Source of the DNA: a virus
Taxonomy: Duplodnaviria; Caudoviricetes
Reading direction: 5' to 3' (one strand)
Length of the DNA stretch: 64,000 nucleotides
Virus record (IMG/VR): IMGVR_UViG_2939702853_000005
Coordinates: 9,323 to 73,322 of that record
Shown here: positions 39,639 through 50,220 of the stretch, one piece after another
Numbering within the stretch: position 1 is the stretch's first letter
Layout: each line of letters opens with the position of its first letter
The notes under the pieces: model-generated
Told to the model about the DNA's origin: nothing
The model's database searches: none
Seen by the model: only the letters and a program-made list of their open reading frames with translations
Position numbers and translations under genes: made by a program

Positions 39639-41192
39639 CTAACGATTATTTAGATCCAGATCTCTTGTCTTTGCACCATCATCACTAATATCGTTGTCAG
39701 ATACTTTTGGACGACCGCCTTCCTTGCCACCATTTTGAACATGAGAGCTGGAAAGAGGGACAAGATATTTTTCAACTAGATTGATGCTATTTTCATAAGC
39801 CAGCAGACTCTGCATATCATCGGGATTGACCCCCATAGCAACCGACACTAAAGTTTTGGAATATCCAAATTGAGCAGCTTTAAGATAGGCTTCTAATTTT
39901 TCATTCCAATTAAAAACAGTTATATCTGGGAAAACAACTTTGTGACGATACTTCCCTGTTTTACTTTTTAGATAACTGTTAATGAAACGCTCAAATTGGC
40001 GATACATATGTATCACATAGCCTTCATCCACTTTGATTGATGCCTGTAAACCAGAAGCATTTAATGCTCCTTCGCCAAACAATACAGGACTAGAACCCGC
40101 AGCTTGATAAAAATTTTGTTGGCTGTAGCCAACTATATTGTTCTGTGTTTGTGATTGATTAAAATCTACAGTTTTTAGTTCGAATGGAGTTGTTGCTACT
40201 TTTACTCCATTAGGTACACCAGCTTGAAGAATGGCAGTATACTGACCTGCAACATTGGGATCAATTGCAAAATTGTTTGCTACGGAAGCACCTTTGGTAT
40301 CGCTCTTCATCGGGATTTGTCCAACAATTATCTTCCAAGTTTCAAGCTCGGTTTTTGTTTTCAGTAAACCTTTATAATGTTCTATTTCAGCACTATCTAA
40401 AAATAACCCCATTAAAGGAGGGGTTAGTCCAGCTCTTGTTTCATCGAATTTAAATACTGGTGCTTTTATGGGATCAAGAGGCTGCCAATAAAAATAACGA
40501 TCTTTTCTATTTTTATCGGTATTAACAAAGTCACTATAATAATCACTGAATTCAGACGCAAAATCATTAATATTCACACCTGATTGTAAAAAGTAGTACA
40601 TATTAAAAGCATATTGATATCCATATTCGGTTTTATTGATGATCTTGCAATATTTTGCTGGCATTTCTTGCAAAGCGACAGAATCACCAAACTCACGAAC
40701 GTAATAGAATTTAGCATCTTCCAAGATTACACCTTTTAAAATATTTGGAAAGGTAGACTTGGGCGATAGTTTTTCAACAATGTCTACAGCTTTTCTTCTA
40801 GATTTTTTAAAAGCTGTAGATTTCATATCTTCTTCGTCAGCGTTAGTGGCAACTATAAATGAGTCAAAGGTAGGTATGGTTGAATAATAGTTAACCAATC
40901 GATTAAACTGCATTACCACATTAAAAAGGTACTGACTTAAATCCTTTAGAGCGTCTTCGTTAGCTTTTGGATTTTTAATCATTTCTTCAATCTTTTTTCG
41001 ATCAAATGTAGTAGGGGACATGTTCAAGGATTTTAACAATTCGTTTTGCCATAGTGGACTGAATAGAGAACCGCTTTGATAACTGTTAGATAGTGCTTTG
41101 GCGAATTGTAGCGCATATTCATCGTTTGCAGTAGAGAGAAGAGGGGGTGATTCTCCGTCTTTAGATGTAACTGTATTTCTTTTTCTGGTCAT
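39639..41192 (-). CDS. Portal protein (YonE-like)
   Basis: 517 aa directly after terminase; GGRPK C-terminal motif. Confidence 0.8.
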   Translation of the reverse strand: MTRKRNTVTSKDGESPPLLSTANDEYALQFAKALSNSYQSGSLFSPLWQNELLKSLNMSPTTFDRKKIEEMIKNPKANEDALKDLSQYLFNVVMQFNRLVNYYSTIPTFDSFIVATNADEEDMKSTAFKKSRRKAVDIVEKLSPKSTFPNILKGVILEDAKFYYVREFGDSVALQEMPAKYCKIINKTEYGYQYAFNMYYFLQSGVNINDFASEFSDYYSDFVNTDKNRKDRYFYWQPLDPIKAPVFKFDETRAGLTPPLMGLFLDSAEIEHYKGLLKTKTELETWKIIVGQIPMKSDTKGASVANNFAIDPNVAGQYTAILQAGVPNGVKVATTPFELKTVDFNQSQTQNNIVGYSQQNFYQAAGSSPVLFGEGALNASGLQASIKVDEGYVIHMYRQFERFINSYLKSKTGKYRHKVVFPDITVFNWNEKLEAYLKAAQFGYSKTLVSVAMGVNPDDMQSLLAYENSINLVEKYLVPLSSSHVQNGGKEGGRPKVSDNDISDDGAKTRDLDLNNR

Positions 41193-41225
41193 TTTTCACA
41201 TCCTTTCTTATGAGTATTGATAATC

Positions 41226-42980
41226 CTAAGATATGTATAGATAATCAAGGATGTTGCTCACAAAAGCTGGTTGGATTTTGTTATTTTGTTCCTTTAAATG
41301 TATCCAAAATAGTCCATACATTAAAGCGGAAAATTTATCTTTTTTAATTCTAGAAGAAACGCGTTCAACTTTAGTGTCATTTCCACTCTGTTTATATTTA
41401 AGATTCATTATCTCTTCGCATAGTATATCTGTTAGTACATAAGGAATCTGCAATCTTGATATCTCATCGCTGTCTTTTATCTTATGTTTCGTCTTCTTTT
41501 CTAAATCTTTAATTCCTTCGTGCGGAGATTTTAACAATCCAACATCCATTTTGGCGAATGTTTGCATGAAATGATTTATCATATCACTTTCTCGTGTTTC
41601 TTTATTTTGAGATTTCAACGCAAACACCATAGGTATGCTATTTTCCGCTTGGTATTTATCGTATCTGTCGTCGTTAACCACTGAGTACGGGGGGTTGCCA
41701 TCGTCTAAATCAAGCACAAGATTATCAACCACAGAAACGCCCAGACCGTTGGCGTCGATCACAAGTATACTTGCTTTAAATTCGTTCACTTTCTGTTTTA
41801 AAAACTTTGCTTGTAATTGGCTATGTTGCCCTTCCATTGAGAAAATATTAACCACTTCTTTAACGTAGTTACCATTGCTTTTGGGTGTAATTTTGTACAC
41901 TACAAGACATGACAGTGCATTTTCATCACCCTCATTACGACTGACATCGTAAGCAAGGACATATTCAACGTTTTCGCTTCCGCAATGTTCCCATTCAGCT
42001 ACGCCTACGATTCTCGTCTTATTTAGTTTTTCATCAGATACCAAACTGTCAGATGAACTCCCTGTCCAAAGGGACTCGTACTCCCGCATAAAATCCATAA
42101 TTGAGTATGTAGGAGAATCTTTAAGTGCCTCAACAAAATCAATGTCTAATTGTTCATAAAGGCAAGGAAGTTCATAAGAATTTCCAATACAAAAAGCGGA
42201 TTTTCCGTCCATCATTTCATTGTAAACTTCTCTTAGTTTCTCAAAAGCAAATTGCTGTTGAGTTCCTGCGGTTGTAATGTATATTTCAGATTTATGTAAT
42301 TCATTTGGATCAATTGACCCACTCATAGATGTTCTGTTGTTAGCCATTAGAGGGATAATGACGCTGTTAAGAACATCTCCATTAAACTTTTTGTCAGCAA
42401 TTTCTTCTATTGCTCCACCAAATCTTCGTCCACCACGAGTTGCATCTGACATTTGAACAACATCGTATCTTGAACCATTATGAAAAATTACTCTAATATA
42501 ATCTTTTTGCAAACTAATGTCTTTTACTTCACTTTTAAGCATTGGGTAGTGATCAAAAATTTCATCAAGTTTTTCAGAAACGATTTTTGTGGCTTGTTCT
42601 TTACCGGGGGCGCAAATGAACAGTCTGGTTTTCGGATAAAAAATACATTTTAAGATATAGGCTAAATTTTGAAGGTAGCTTTTCGAAGTCCCACGAGTAG
42701 CCGTGAGATATACTTTTCTGTAACGCAACATTATTCGCAAATAAATTCTTTGATAAAAATATAATTGGATTTTTGAATCGGGAGAAGAGGTGAAGTCTAA
42801 AAAGTGATCGGGGTAATGCCTAAAATAACTGCAATACTCTCTCCATTTATCTTTCATGTCGTCAAAACTTTTCAACATTAATTCATTGACGTTATTCGTT
42901 TCAAAGTTTTCTGGTGATTTGAACGCATCTGCGTCTAGGTGTTTTCTGTCTCGTTGACTGTAGTTTTTATGTGAAGCCAT
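41226..42980 (-). CDS. terL: Terminase large subunit (YonF-like)
   Basis: Walker A ATRGTSKS, RGGRRFGGAIEE, YITTAG, nuclease YDVSR and KDKFSA. Confidence 0.92.
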   Translation of the reverse strand: MASHKNYSQRDRKHLDADAFKSPENFETNNVNELMLKSFDDMKDKWREYCSYFRHYPDHFLDFTSSPDSKIQLYFYQRIYLRIMLRYRKVYLTATRGTSKSYLQNLAYILKCIFYPKTRLFICAPGKEQATKIVSEKLDEIFDHYPMLKSEVKDISLQKDYIRVIFHNGSRYDVVQMSDATRGGRRFGGAIEEIADKKFNGDVLNSVIIPLMANNRTSMSGSIDPNELHKSEIYITTAGTQQQFAFEKLREVYNEMMDGKSAFCIGNSYELPCLYEQLDIDFVEALKDSPTYSIMDFMREYESLWTGSSSDSLVSDEKLNKTRIVGVAEWEHCGSENVEYVLAYDVSRNEGDENALSCLVVYKITPKSNGNYVKEVVNIFSMEGQHSQLQAKFLKQKVNEFKASILVIDANGLGVSVVDNLVLDLDDGNPPYSVVNDDRYDKYQAENSIPMVFALKSQNKETRESDMINHFMQTFAKMDVGLLKSPHEGIKDLEKKTKHKIKDSDEISRLQIPYVLTDILCEEIMNLKYKQSGNDTKVERVSSRIKKDKFSALMYGLFWIHLKEQNNKIQPAFVSNILDYLYIS

Positions 42981-42982
42981 GT

Positions 42983-43876
42983 TTACTCCATCACATCTTC
43001 AGAATCTATCTTAGGAGTGTCAGACGGAGGCTCAGACATTCGATCTATCTTATTTAGTCTTAAAGTGAAATTTTCTATATGCATAATCGTTTTGTCAACC
43101 ATATCTTGATCAATTCCCTTAATTTTACGATAATACTCCCAAGGAGGAATGTGCCCATCCTTTTCTACCTCTGCATAGATAGTACTGAAGTTTCTGATTC
43201 CACCTGTCTTATCTGCTTCCGTTTTGTCGGATGCACGAAACTTGCTGTCTGCCATGTATTTTGAAAATAAATCTCCAAGCTGTTTGACTTGCCCGTATCT
43301 ACCAGCCTCTAATTCCTTATCCATCTTCAAAGAGATAACAGATAGTTTTTTAAGATATGTTTCGTCACTAGGTGTTTCTATTTTATTGGAAGTTTTCATT
43401 TTTTGATAAAAGTCTTCTAATTTGATAAAGTCTTCTGCTTCATAGTTTGAACCCCACCGCAAAATTATTTCTGGGGTAATTGCAAAATCAAACTTATATT
43501 TTTTATTTTCATCGTCTTGGTAATTCTCAATATCCATATCATCTTCAAAAATAGAGTCTTTCCAAGTTAAATGTCTATTGTGAGCAAGTTGCACATTCTT
43601 CATATACACTCCAAAAATAGTCATTTTACGTCTTACAGCTTCCTCTTTTGAGGATTCCCATAAATTACAGACAAATGGACGATTTAGTTTCATAAGTTGG
43701 TCTTGAACTTCGCCTATATTTTCGGTGTTAACACTAGTTACTACACAGTTTTTGCAAACGGGGTATAGCTTGTCCGCATATTCGTCTGATTCTGATTTAT
43801 AGTATTTATCTACTGTTTGAGATTTATTACATTTCAAACATACCTTCTTTAATCTATCCGATTTATCTGCCAACAT
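42983..43876 (-). CDS. Zinc-finger protein upstream of terminase (YonG-like, possible small terminase)
   Basis: CLKC...CKNC; start ATG 43876 after GAAGGTG. Confidence 0.55.
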   Translation of the reverse strand: MLADKSDRLKKVCLKCNKSQTVDKYYKSESDEYADKLYPVCKNCVVTSVNTENIGEVQDQLMKLNRPFVCNLWESSKEEAVRRKMTIFGVYMKNVQLAHNRHLTWKDSIFEDDMDIENYQDDENKKYKFDFAITPEIILRWGSNYEAEDFIKLEDFYQKMKTSNKIETPSDETYLKKLSVISLKMDKELEAGRYGQVKQLGDLFSKYMADSKFRASDKTEADKTGGIRNFSTIYAEVEKDGHIPPWEYYRKIKGIDQDMVDKTIMHIENFTLRLNKIDRMSEPPSDTPKIDSEDVME

Positions 43877-44046
43877 TTCACCTTCTTTGTATAGAAGAAC
43901 ATAATAAAATTCCCATTTGATAAAAAGCATGGGGTAGGAGGGAGTAGCCTGTTTAAAGGTTCCTATTACGGAACCTCCCCATGAAGAACACATAAGAAAA
44001 AGCCTGATAAAACATACAACTCAGGCAATTGATTTATGTATTCTTC

Positions 44047-45243
44047 TCAGTGATATTGTTTTATATCTTGTAAATTAATATCTATTTTGTACTCAATCCG
44101 TTCATTCTCATCAAAAATATGCATCTTCTGCATTGCGTCTGCATACATACGTTTACTGATTGCGTAAGAATCAGCACCACAAAGACTACCATTCGAAATT
44201 ACGGTTGTCCTACCAAAATCCTTTACAGTGTCATGATGAATATGACCTTGGAAGAGATATTGAGGAATTACTCCGAGGAATTGAGGTAGTTGTCGAGCTG
44301 AGCTTGAAACATGATCTATATCGCCGTGAACATAGGCATGTGGCTTCGAAAATGTAGTATCTACATAATACCCATCTTCACCTTTTAGGATTTCAATATT
44401 TCTAAAATTACGTAAACGACTCTCCATATACCAAGGAATTAGATTTTCAAAGTTTTCCTTAAGTAGAGAGTCGTTTTTATTTGCTATTGTTCTTGAGTGA
44501 TTTCCGTTTAGGCAAATAACTCTGACTTTGGGAACATACTTAGATATTTCAACTACAGCTTCAGATAATCGCTCTGATATGTATTGAATTTGAGATATAA
44601 CATCTTCGCTTTGTTCAATTCTTGATGTTAAATGGATAAAGCCAGCAATTTGGTCTCCAATAGAAGCGATTGACAACTCATCAACATTGTGTTTTTGGCA
44701 GTAATGTATTGTTTTTGATACTAAATGACTAAAACGTATATCAAATATTTCTGGATTGTATTTATTTAAAGAATTATCAGATCCTTGCCCATAGTGAAAA
44801 TCACTCCACAACACATTCGCCCTGATGAAAGAAGAACTCTCCTTGACTGGAGAGTAGGGGAGAGGCTTAAATTTTTCAAGTTGCTTTATGCTTGATGAAA
44901 TTTCTTCTTTCAGATGCTCAAACTTAGCAATCATCTTAATTTTGTTATTTAATTCGCGCTTTTGATCTTGAAATTGATACTTTTGCTTTTGTAATTCAAT
45001 AGTTTTATCTTGAATTTCACGTATATATTCATCGGTTGACGACTTTTTTAAGCCAATTGAGATGCCACGCGTAAGTAAATGAAACTCTTTGCGATATTTA
45101 GACTCTGTAAAATCTTCGTTAAGAAACTCATTCATATGCGTAGCAATTTTACTCCAAGACAAGCCCAACTCATCTTTATTGGAACCAATTCGTATAAGGT
45201 ATTCCTCGTATGTTTCGTTATCTAATGATTGAAGAGGAGTCAT
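44047..45243 (-). CDS. Calcineurin-like metallophosphoesterase (YonJ-like)
   Basis: SDFHYG, GD, GNH, HGD, GHIHH motifs. Confidence 0.85.
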   Translation of the reverse strand: MTPLQSLDNETYEEYLIRIGSNKDELGLSWSKIATHMNEFLNEDFTESKYRKEFHLLTRGISIGLKKSSTDEYIREIQDKTIELQKQKYQFQDQKRELNNKIKMIAKFEHLKEEISSSIKQLEKFKPLPYSPVKESSSFIRANVLWSDFHYGQGSDNSLNKYNPEIFDIRFSHLVSKTIHYCQKHNVDELSIASIGDQIAGFIHLTSRIEQSEDVISQIQYISERLSEAVVEISKYVPKVRVICLNGNHSRTIANKNDSLLKENFENLIPWYMESRLRNFRNIEILKGEDGYYVDTTFSKPHAYVHGDIDHVSSSARQLPQFLGVIPQYLFQGHIHHDTVKDFGRTTVISNGSLCGADSYAISKRMYADAMQKMHIFDENERIEYKIDINLQDIKQYH

Positions 45244-45247
45244 TCAT

Positions 45248-45418
45248 TTACTCCTCTTCAATTTCTAGTCCAACTGGAATTTCATAATCCTCAATCGGAG
45301 CAACTTTGATTTTTTCACCATCAATTGTAATGGTGATCTTAGAGGCATTAGGGTATAGCCCAAAGGCTGCTTCCCGAATTCCATTCAAGCCAACCAATTT
45401 CTCTTTATTTGATTCCAT
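45248..45418 (-). CDS. Small hypothetical protein (56 aa)
   Basis: Not in ORF track; MESNKEKLVGLNGIREAAFGLYPNASKITITIDGEKIKVAPIEDYEIPVGLEIEEE with GGAG RBS. Confidence 0.6.
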   Translation of the reverse strand: MESNKEKLVGLNGIREAAFGLYPNASKITITIDGEKIKVAPIEDYEIPVGLEIEEE

Positions 45419-45498
45419 ATATATTTGCTCCCTATATTATGTATTTTTTGAGTCTAATCTAAATCTGCTTTTTGTAGCTCACCTTGTTTGGGTGAGAT

Positions 45499-45808
45499 AG
45501 AGGGGGAGATTCTCCCCTCTTAAAGTATTACAGCTTGTTTTCATCAGTCATCAGTCTGCCATGTCTCATCTTGCGGGTTCCTTTGTTCAAGGCTTAGTTA
45601 AGAATGAAGTCAATGTAGGGCGGCGTATCCTGATCTCTGGTAACTTCCATATTTGTATATAGTAAGCGCGTAGATTACCTTTTCTACTTCATTGACTTAT
45701 ATCTGGCTTGTGCCAACTTTACCACTTACTCTTCTATGGTGGTGAAACACCGATTTTTCTGATCCTTGTATATTTTCATCTACCCACATGATCCAGTGAG
45801 TAGACGTT
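45499..45808 (-). ncRNA. Candidate structured non-coding RNA
   Basis: ORF-free, raised GC, multiple nested helices and 3' GC hairpin AGAGGGGAGAATCTCCCCCTCT. Confidence 0.5.
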
Positions 45809-45834
45809 TTAGTTTATGTATAATTAAAATAAAA

Positions 45835-46158
45835 TTACTGTTTTACTGTGTCTTTCAGAGCTTTAGCGGCTTTAAATGCTGGTTTTTTGGATGCTGCGAT
45901 AGCAATAGTGGCCTGCGTCTTAGCTGTATCAGCATCTACACCTTGCTCTTTGAGTTCTGCTAGCAGTTTCGGATTAATGCCGTTTCGAGCAGCGGTTTCA
46001 CGCACCTCAAATGTACCAAAACCAGCAATCTTAATTTCTTCGCCTTTAGCCAATGCACTTGTAATAGTAGCCAATGTAGATTCAACTACTGCCTCAACAT
46101 CTTTTTTTGTGTAGCCCGTAGTTTCTGCGATTGTCTTTACCAATTCTGTTTTATTCAT
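45835..46158 (-). CDS. hup: HU family DNA-binding protein with extended arm
   Basis: MNKTELV...GEEIKIAGFGTFEVRE.AARNGINP...PAFKAAKALKD. Confidence 0.93.
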   Translation of the reverse strand: MNKTELVKTIAETTGYTKKDVEAVVESTLATITSALAKGEEIKIAGFGTFEVRETAARNGINPKLLAELKEQGVDADTAKTQATIAIAASKKPAFKAAKALKDTVKQ

Positions 46159-46308
46159 GTTATAATTATCTCCCTTAATATTGTTTTTTGTTTGATGGGG
46201 GATGATGTAAAGATCTCTTCGCTTTGTATATCAGTCAAAACTTGTCCCCCTTAAAGACTATTAAGCGAATTGAAAAAAAGATTAAAAAATCCAATAAAAC
46301 ACTAGGTT

Positions 46309-48927
46309 TTATGTATACCGCTCGTTTCGTTCCTCATGGGGACAGTTTTTACTTCTTTGTTTTCTCTTTTTATCTCGCTCTTTTGCCTTTCTTATTATCT
46401 TAAAACAGTCCAAACAATAAATTTGACGCTGTTTAGTTATAGTATAATTTTGTCCACATCTTTCGCATCTTCCCATCTTATTTAGATTTCTCAATAAATT
46501 TGCTACTATAATATCACCGAATGATGACCATAAAGTTGTCTTGAAATTACTCTTTTTATTGTTATACAAGTATTCAATTAATACATCAACAATTTCATAC
46601 TTATTCTTTTTACTACTTGAAAATATAGTTTCTCTTATTAATGAATAATGAAATAACTCGTCATTTGACTTTGTGGTTCCATCGGTAAAAAACATAAATT
46701 TTTTGTTTTTATCTAATTTTGTATATGCGTCAACAACATTCTCGTCAATTAGTACAGGAATCGTAGGATCGCTCAATAAAAGACTATAGTTGAATTTACC
46801 AAGACCAGCATTTTTAAAATTAATTCTCGGATTGGGTACAAGGTTTGATAGACGATTCATTACACTGTTATTAGAAACCTCAACTTTATTTTCCTCTTTG
46901 TCTTTTGCATACATAAAAAATTTAGGTGCTTTTGTTTTAGTATGATTTAATATAATTTTCTTTATTTGCTCTGGACGTTCTGGTTTATACAATGTTTTTG
47001 CATAGTCGATTGTAAAGTTGTTTTCCATACACAAAGTTTTGATAACATTAAGGTCAATATTATCACTGTTCCAAATCTTAGTAATATCATTACTAATGAT
47101 TCCAATGTTTCCCCCCGTATAAGCAGCATTTAATCCGTCAAATATACTTTTACTATTGATAAGTTCCGCTCCTGCTTTAGCCATCTCATAATAAAGGGGG
47201 TATATACCTTGCATATTCCTTTTTGCTGCATTAACAAGTGTTTCATCACAACAGACTAAAGCTTTGTCACCATCATTATCAAACATCAGTATTTTACTTA
47301 TGGGGTCATGAATGCTGGTATACAAGCTCTTAGTTACAAACCACCGTTTCATCTCTTTATTCTTAGTATTTTTCCTTATCGCATGTTCTCTATAAAGATG
47401 TGGACTTCTCAGGCAATCTAAATCAATAGCATTTTCGAATAAATCGCAGAATACTTCTGCATTCTCTAATAACCCTTTGGGTTGGTCAATTTCCAAGAAA
47501 AGATACTCACAAAAAGCATATAAGTCAGGGCTTATGAACGTATACTTGCCATTCACATCAACTTTTCCTGCTTTAGCATGTTTGATTAAGCTTTTTTTCA
47601 CTTGTTTGATTGTTTCTTTGCTATAGGTATCGTTTAATAGCTCTGGATATATTTCTAATGCTTTTTGAAAACTATTTTTATTCTTATTATAATTTGTGAC
47701 TCCCAAGGTTTTTAGCATTGTGTTTTTGTCAGTTCCAATTTTATGAATATCTTGTACTGTTTCAGAACTTATGATTTTTAGCTCCCGATCTGTTATATCG
47801 GTTAACGTTTGTAGCATTTGATAATTCAATTTAGCATTCCCAATCGTGTCATCTTCTTCATTACACTTTCCAGCTTGACAGTTATAATTTAAATATTTAT
47901 CTATGTATTCTGACCAAGAATTATAGTATTTCCACATTTTGAACTGACTCTTTGTAAAAATAACCTCTATTTCCTCTTTTAACACGTCATGTTCTTTACC
48001 ATAAATATCTTTGATGATTCCATACCTACTATAACCTTGTTGTTTGTTTTTTTCTCTTAAGAATTTATCAAAGGGAAAGGGGACTAGCAACCCTTTGACC
48101 CAAGGAAGACGAATCATCATTGCTTTTTTACTTTTGCGCGGTAAAATCATTCCGCAACCATCTGTATGCTCAATGGGGACATCCATAGTTTTGCGTTCAA
48201 TGTCGTAGGTTTTATCTGAAATGAAGTCAACGGTAGTTTTTAAAGTTGTAGTCATATCATCCACGACAATGGATTTATTAATATCAAAATCAAGCCATTG
48301 CTCAGTTGCACTATTACAAAGAGCTAGGTACGCCAAATACTTGTTAATGTTCACGCCACCAAGTTCATTGATTTTATCAATAGTTAGTCCACACATTAAT
48401 GTGCGCTGATTCCTATGAAAAACTGTTTCTTTTATAAAAACAGTTTTTTTTGTTCTAATTTGCCCAGCACTTGCTGTAAAACAAACATATTTCTCATTAT
48501 TATAGAGGAATCCGTTAACAATAATATCCTCCAGTACATCGAAAAAATATGTTTGAACTATAATTATATCTCTAAATAAACTATTTTCTTTGATTTGAAG
48601 CACTCTAGTTAGAGTTGAGTCAAATACAGACACAATATTCTTCAGGTTGTTACTATCAACTTCGCTTGGACGAAGAGACCTGATGGTTTTGTTGTATCTA
48701 AAAAGGGTATAGAGTAATTCTTTCGATTTCTTTATTCGTTTATTGGTGTATTTTATGTAGCGGTTAACTTTATCTAATAAAAACCCATCATTTAATTTCT
48801 TATTTTTTATTTCTTTTAATGTTGTTCTAAATTTATAGTTCCGTTTTTGTCTTCTATGTATTTTCATTTCTGTCTCATTGTAAAAAGCGCTAGTATCAAC
48901 ACTAAAAATATGTACTTGTTTATTCAA
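46309..48927 (-). CDS. yonO: YonO-like single-subunit DNA-dependent RNA polymerase
   Basis: 872 aa; catalytic MFDNDGD; SAGQIR, RLPWVKG, LRSPHL motifs; SPbeta-like position. Confidence 0.9.
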   Translation of the reverse strand: MNKQVHIFSVDTSAFYNETEMKIHRRQKRNYKFRTTLKEIKNKKLNDGFLLDKVNRYIKYTNKRIKKSKELLYTLFRYNKTIRSLRPSEVDSNNLKNIVSVFDSTLTRVLQIKENSLFRDIIIVQTYFFDVLEDIIVNGFLYNNEKYVCFTASAGQIRTKKTVFIKETVFHRNQRTLMCGLTIDKINELGGVNINKYLAYLALCNSATEQWLDFDINKSIVVDDMTTTLKTTVDFISDKTYDIERKTMDVPIEHTDGCGMILPRKSKKAMMIRLPWVKGLLVPFPFDKFLREKNKQQGYSRYGIIKDIYGKEHDVLKEEIEVIFTKSQFKMWKYYNSWSEYIDKYLNYNCQAGKCNEEDDTIGNAKLNYQMLQTLTDITDRELKIISSETVQDIHKIGTDKNTMLKTLGVTNYNKNKNSFQKALEIYPELLNDTYSKETIKQVKKSLIKHAKAGKVDVNGKYTFISPDLYAFCEYLFLEIDQPKGLLENAEVFCDLFENAIDLDCLRSPHLYREHAIRKNTKNKEMKRWFVTKSLYTSIHDPISKILMFDNDGDKALVCCDETLVNAAKRNMQGIYPLYYEMAKAGAELINSKSIFDGLNAAYTGGNIGIISNDITKIWNSDNIDLNVIKTLCMENNFTIDYAKTLYKPERPEQIKKIILNHTKTKAPKFFMYAKDKEENKVEVSNNSVMNRLSNLVPNPRINFKNAGLGKFNYSLLLSDPTIPVLIDENVVDAYTKLDKNKKFMFFTDGTTKSNDELFHYSLIRETIFSSSKKNKYEIVDVLIEYLYNNKKSNFKTTLWSSFGDIIVANLLRNLNKMGRCERCGQNYTITKQRQIYCLDCFKIIRKAKERDKKRKQRSKNCPHEERNERYT

Positions 48928-49925
48928 ATTAATTTACGTTCTCTCCTTTGTGAAAGATAGTTGCCCAAAATAGCAGTAATATACTTGTAATACCAGTCAT
49001 AGTCTGTGAATTCCTTGCGTTTGTTGTAGTAGTTAACCCTAAGAATAGCAATTCCTTTACTACGACAATAAGCATCCTTTATTTCATCTCTATGTTTCGC
49101 TGCTATTCTTCTAGTTGATTTATGATCATACTGATGTTCCACATCATCTATTTCAACAAGAGATAAAATGCCTCCGTTTGACCCGAAAACAACAAAGTCG
49201 AATTTTAGAGGTTGTTTATTCTCACCTTTCAGATCATCAAAAGAATATTGAATTTTAAAATTGTAATCGTGATTTTTCAAATAATCGTAAACAACTCTTT
49301 CAGAGAAAGGGAGATTGCAAACAGGGCATCCACGGCCTTTCTTGATGTTTGTGGGTGTAATGCCCCATTTGTACTTATCGATATTACATTTCACGGAAAC
49401 TGAGAGTGTACTTTTTTGATATGGAGAGAGAAGTTTATAATTTTTACTTCTCAGTATTCCTATAATTTCTTCTTCAAAGTTTCCTTTTCTGCCAGAACAG
49501 TAGGGACACCATTGAGACTTGCTAAACAAGCAGTCAGCCGTAGTAAAGAAATTGGGATGATTTTTGACTCCACAATCAATCTCATATGTACTTTTAGCTG
49601 TTTTCCATTTAGGACTTATTAGGTTACCACCTTTAGATTCACAAAGGTTTCTAAGTCGTTTAAAAAGATATACGTGATCTTTTTTGTTTTTACAACAAAC
49701 ACTACTTTTTAAATTACTGCTACAAGCGCCGCAAGGAGAAAAGCTCTTTGCTAATATATTCTTTGCGTTCATGGTTTTACGTACATCTCCATGATCATTA
49801 CAATGGTAAATGAACGATATAGGTTCTGTGCCACCGTTATAATCACTTATAATTTTGACTCGATCTCCAAATTTATCATACACTTTCTTTCTGAATTCTT
49901 CTGTAGTCTGCTTTTTGATCCCCAA
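48924..49925 (-). CDS. Zinc-ribbon plus PD-(D/E)XK nuclease (free-standing homing-type endonuclease)
   Basis: WCPYCSG, GCPVC; QYSFDDL...PLKFDF.V...VEIDDVEH...DEIKDAYC. Confidence 0.7.
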   Translation of the reverse strand: MGIKKQTTEEFRKKVYDKFGDRVKIISDYNGGTEPISFIYHCNDHGDVRKTMNAKNILAKSFSPCGACSSNLKSSVCCKNKKDHVYLFKRLRNLCESKGGNLISPKWKTAKSTYEIDCGVKNHPNFFTTADCLFSKSQWCPYCSGRKGNFEEEIIGILRSKNYKLLSPYQKSTLSVSVKCNIDKYKWGITPTNIKKGRGCPVCNLPFSERVVYDYLKNHDYNFKIQYSFDDLKGENKQPLKFDFVVFGSNGGILSLVEIDDVEHQYDHKSTRRIAAKHRDEIKDAYCRSKGIAILRVNYYNKRKEFTDYDWYYKYITAILGNYLSQRRERKLI

Positions 49926-49965
49926 AAACCAATGTCTCCTTTCATTTATTATTTTATATGTATTT

Positions 49966-50220
49966 TTACTTACTAAAAGCTATTTCATTTTCTTTACTGG
50001 CTACTGTCTTATATGGCTCTCGATAATACTTATTTTGCGCTTCATTCTTAAGCCAAAAAACTTCATCGTCGTACTCTTCTATGTATTCAATACAATCCTC
50101 TGTACCTTCTAACATCCAATCTGATACATTTCTCTCATCAAACACATCTACTTTATACCCATCATAGTACAAATCCTCCCATGTAGTAATAGAATGATTC
50201 CCTTTGCTTCGTTTTTCCAT
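49966..50220 (-). CDS. Small acidic hypothetical protein
   Basis: ORF with GAGGGG RBS upstream of nuclease/RNAP. Confidence 0.45.
   Translation of the reverse strand: MEKRSKGNHSITTWEDLYYDGYKVDVFDERNVSDWMLEGTEDCIEYIEEYDDEVFWLKNEAQNKYYREPYKTVASKENEIAFSK

Noticed and set aside
45522-45560. Hammerhead ribozyme core (minus-strand CTGATGA...GAAA)
   Set aside because: Stem II lacks the conserved G-C pair and stems I/III cannot be formed convincingly
45600-45745. Group I intron S-like element (CAGATATAAGTC) and tRNA/tmRNA-like CCACCA
   Set aside because: Element order is wrong for a group I intron and there is no T-arm or acceptor stem
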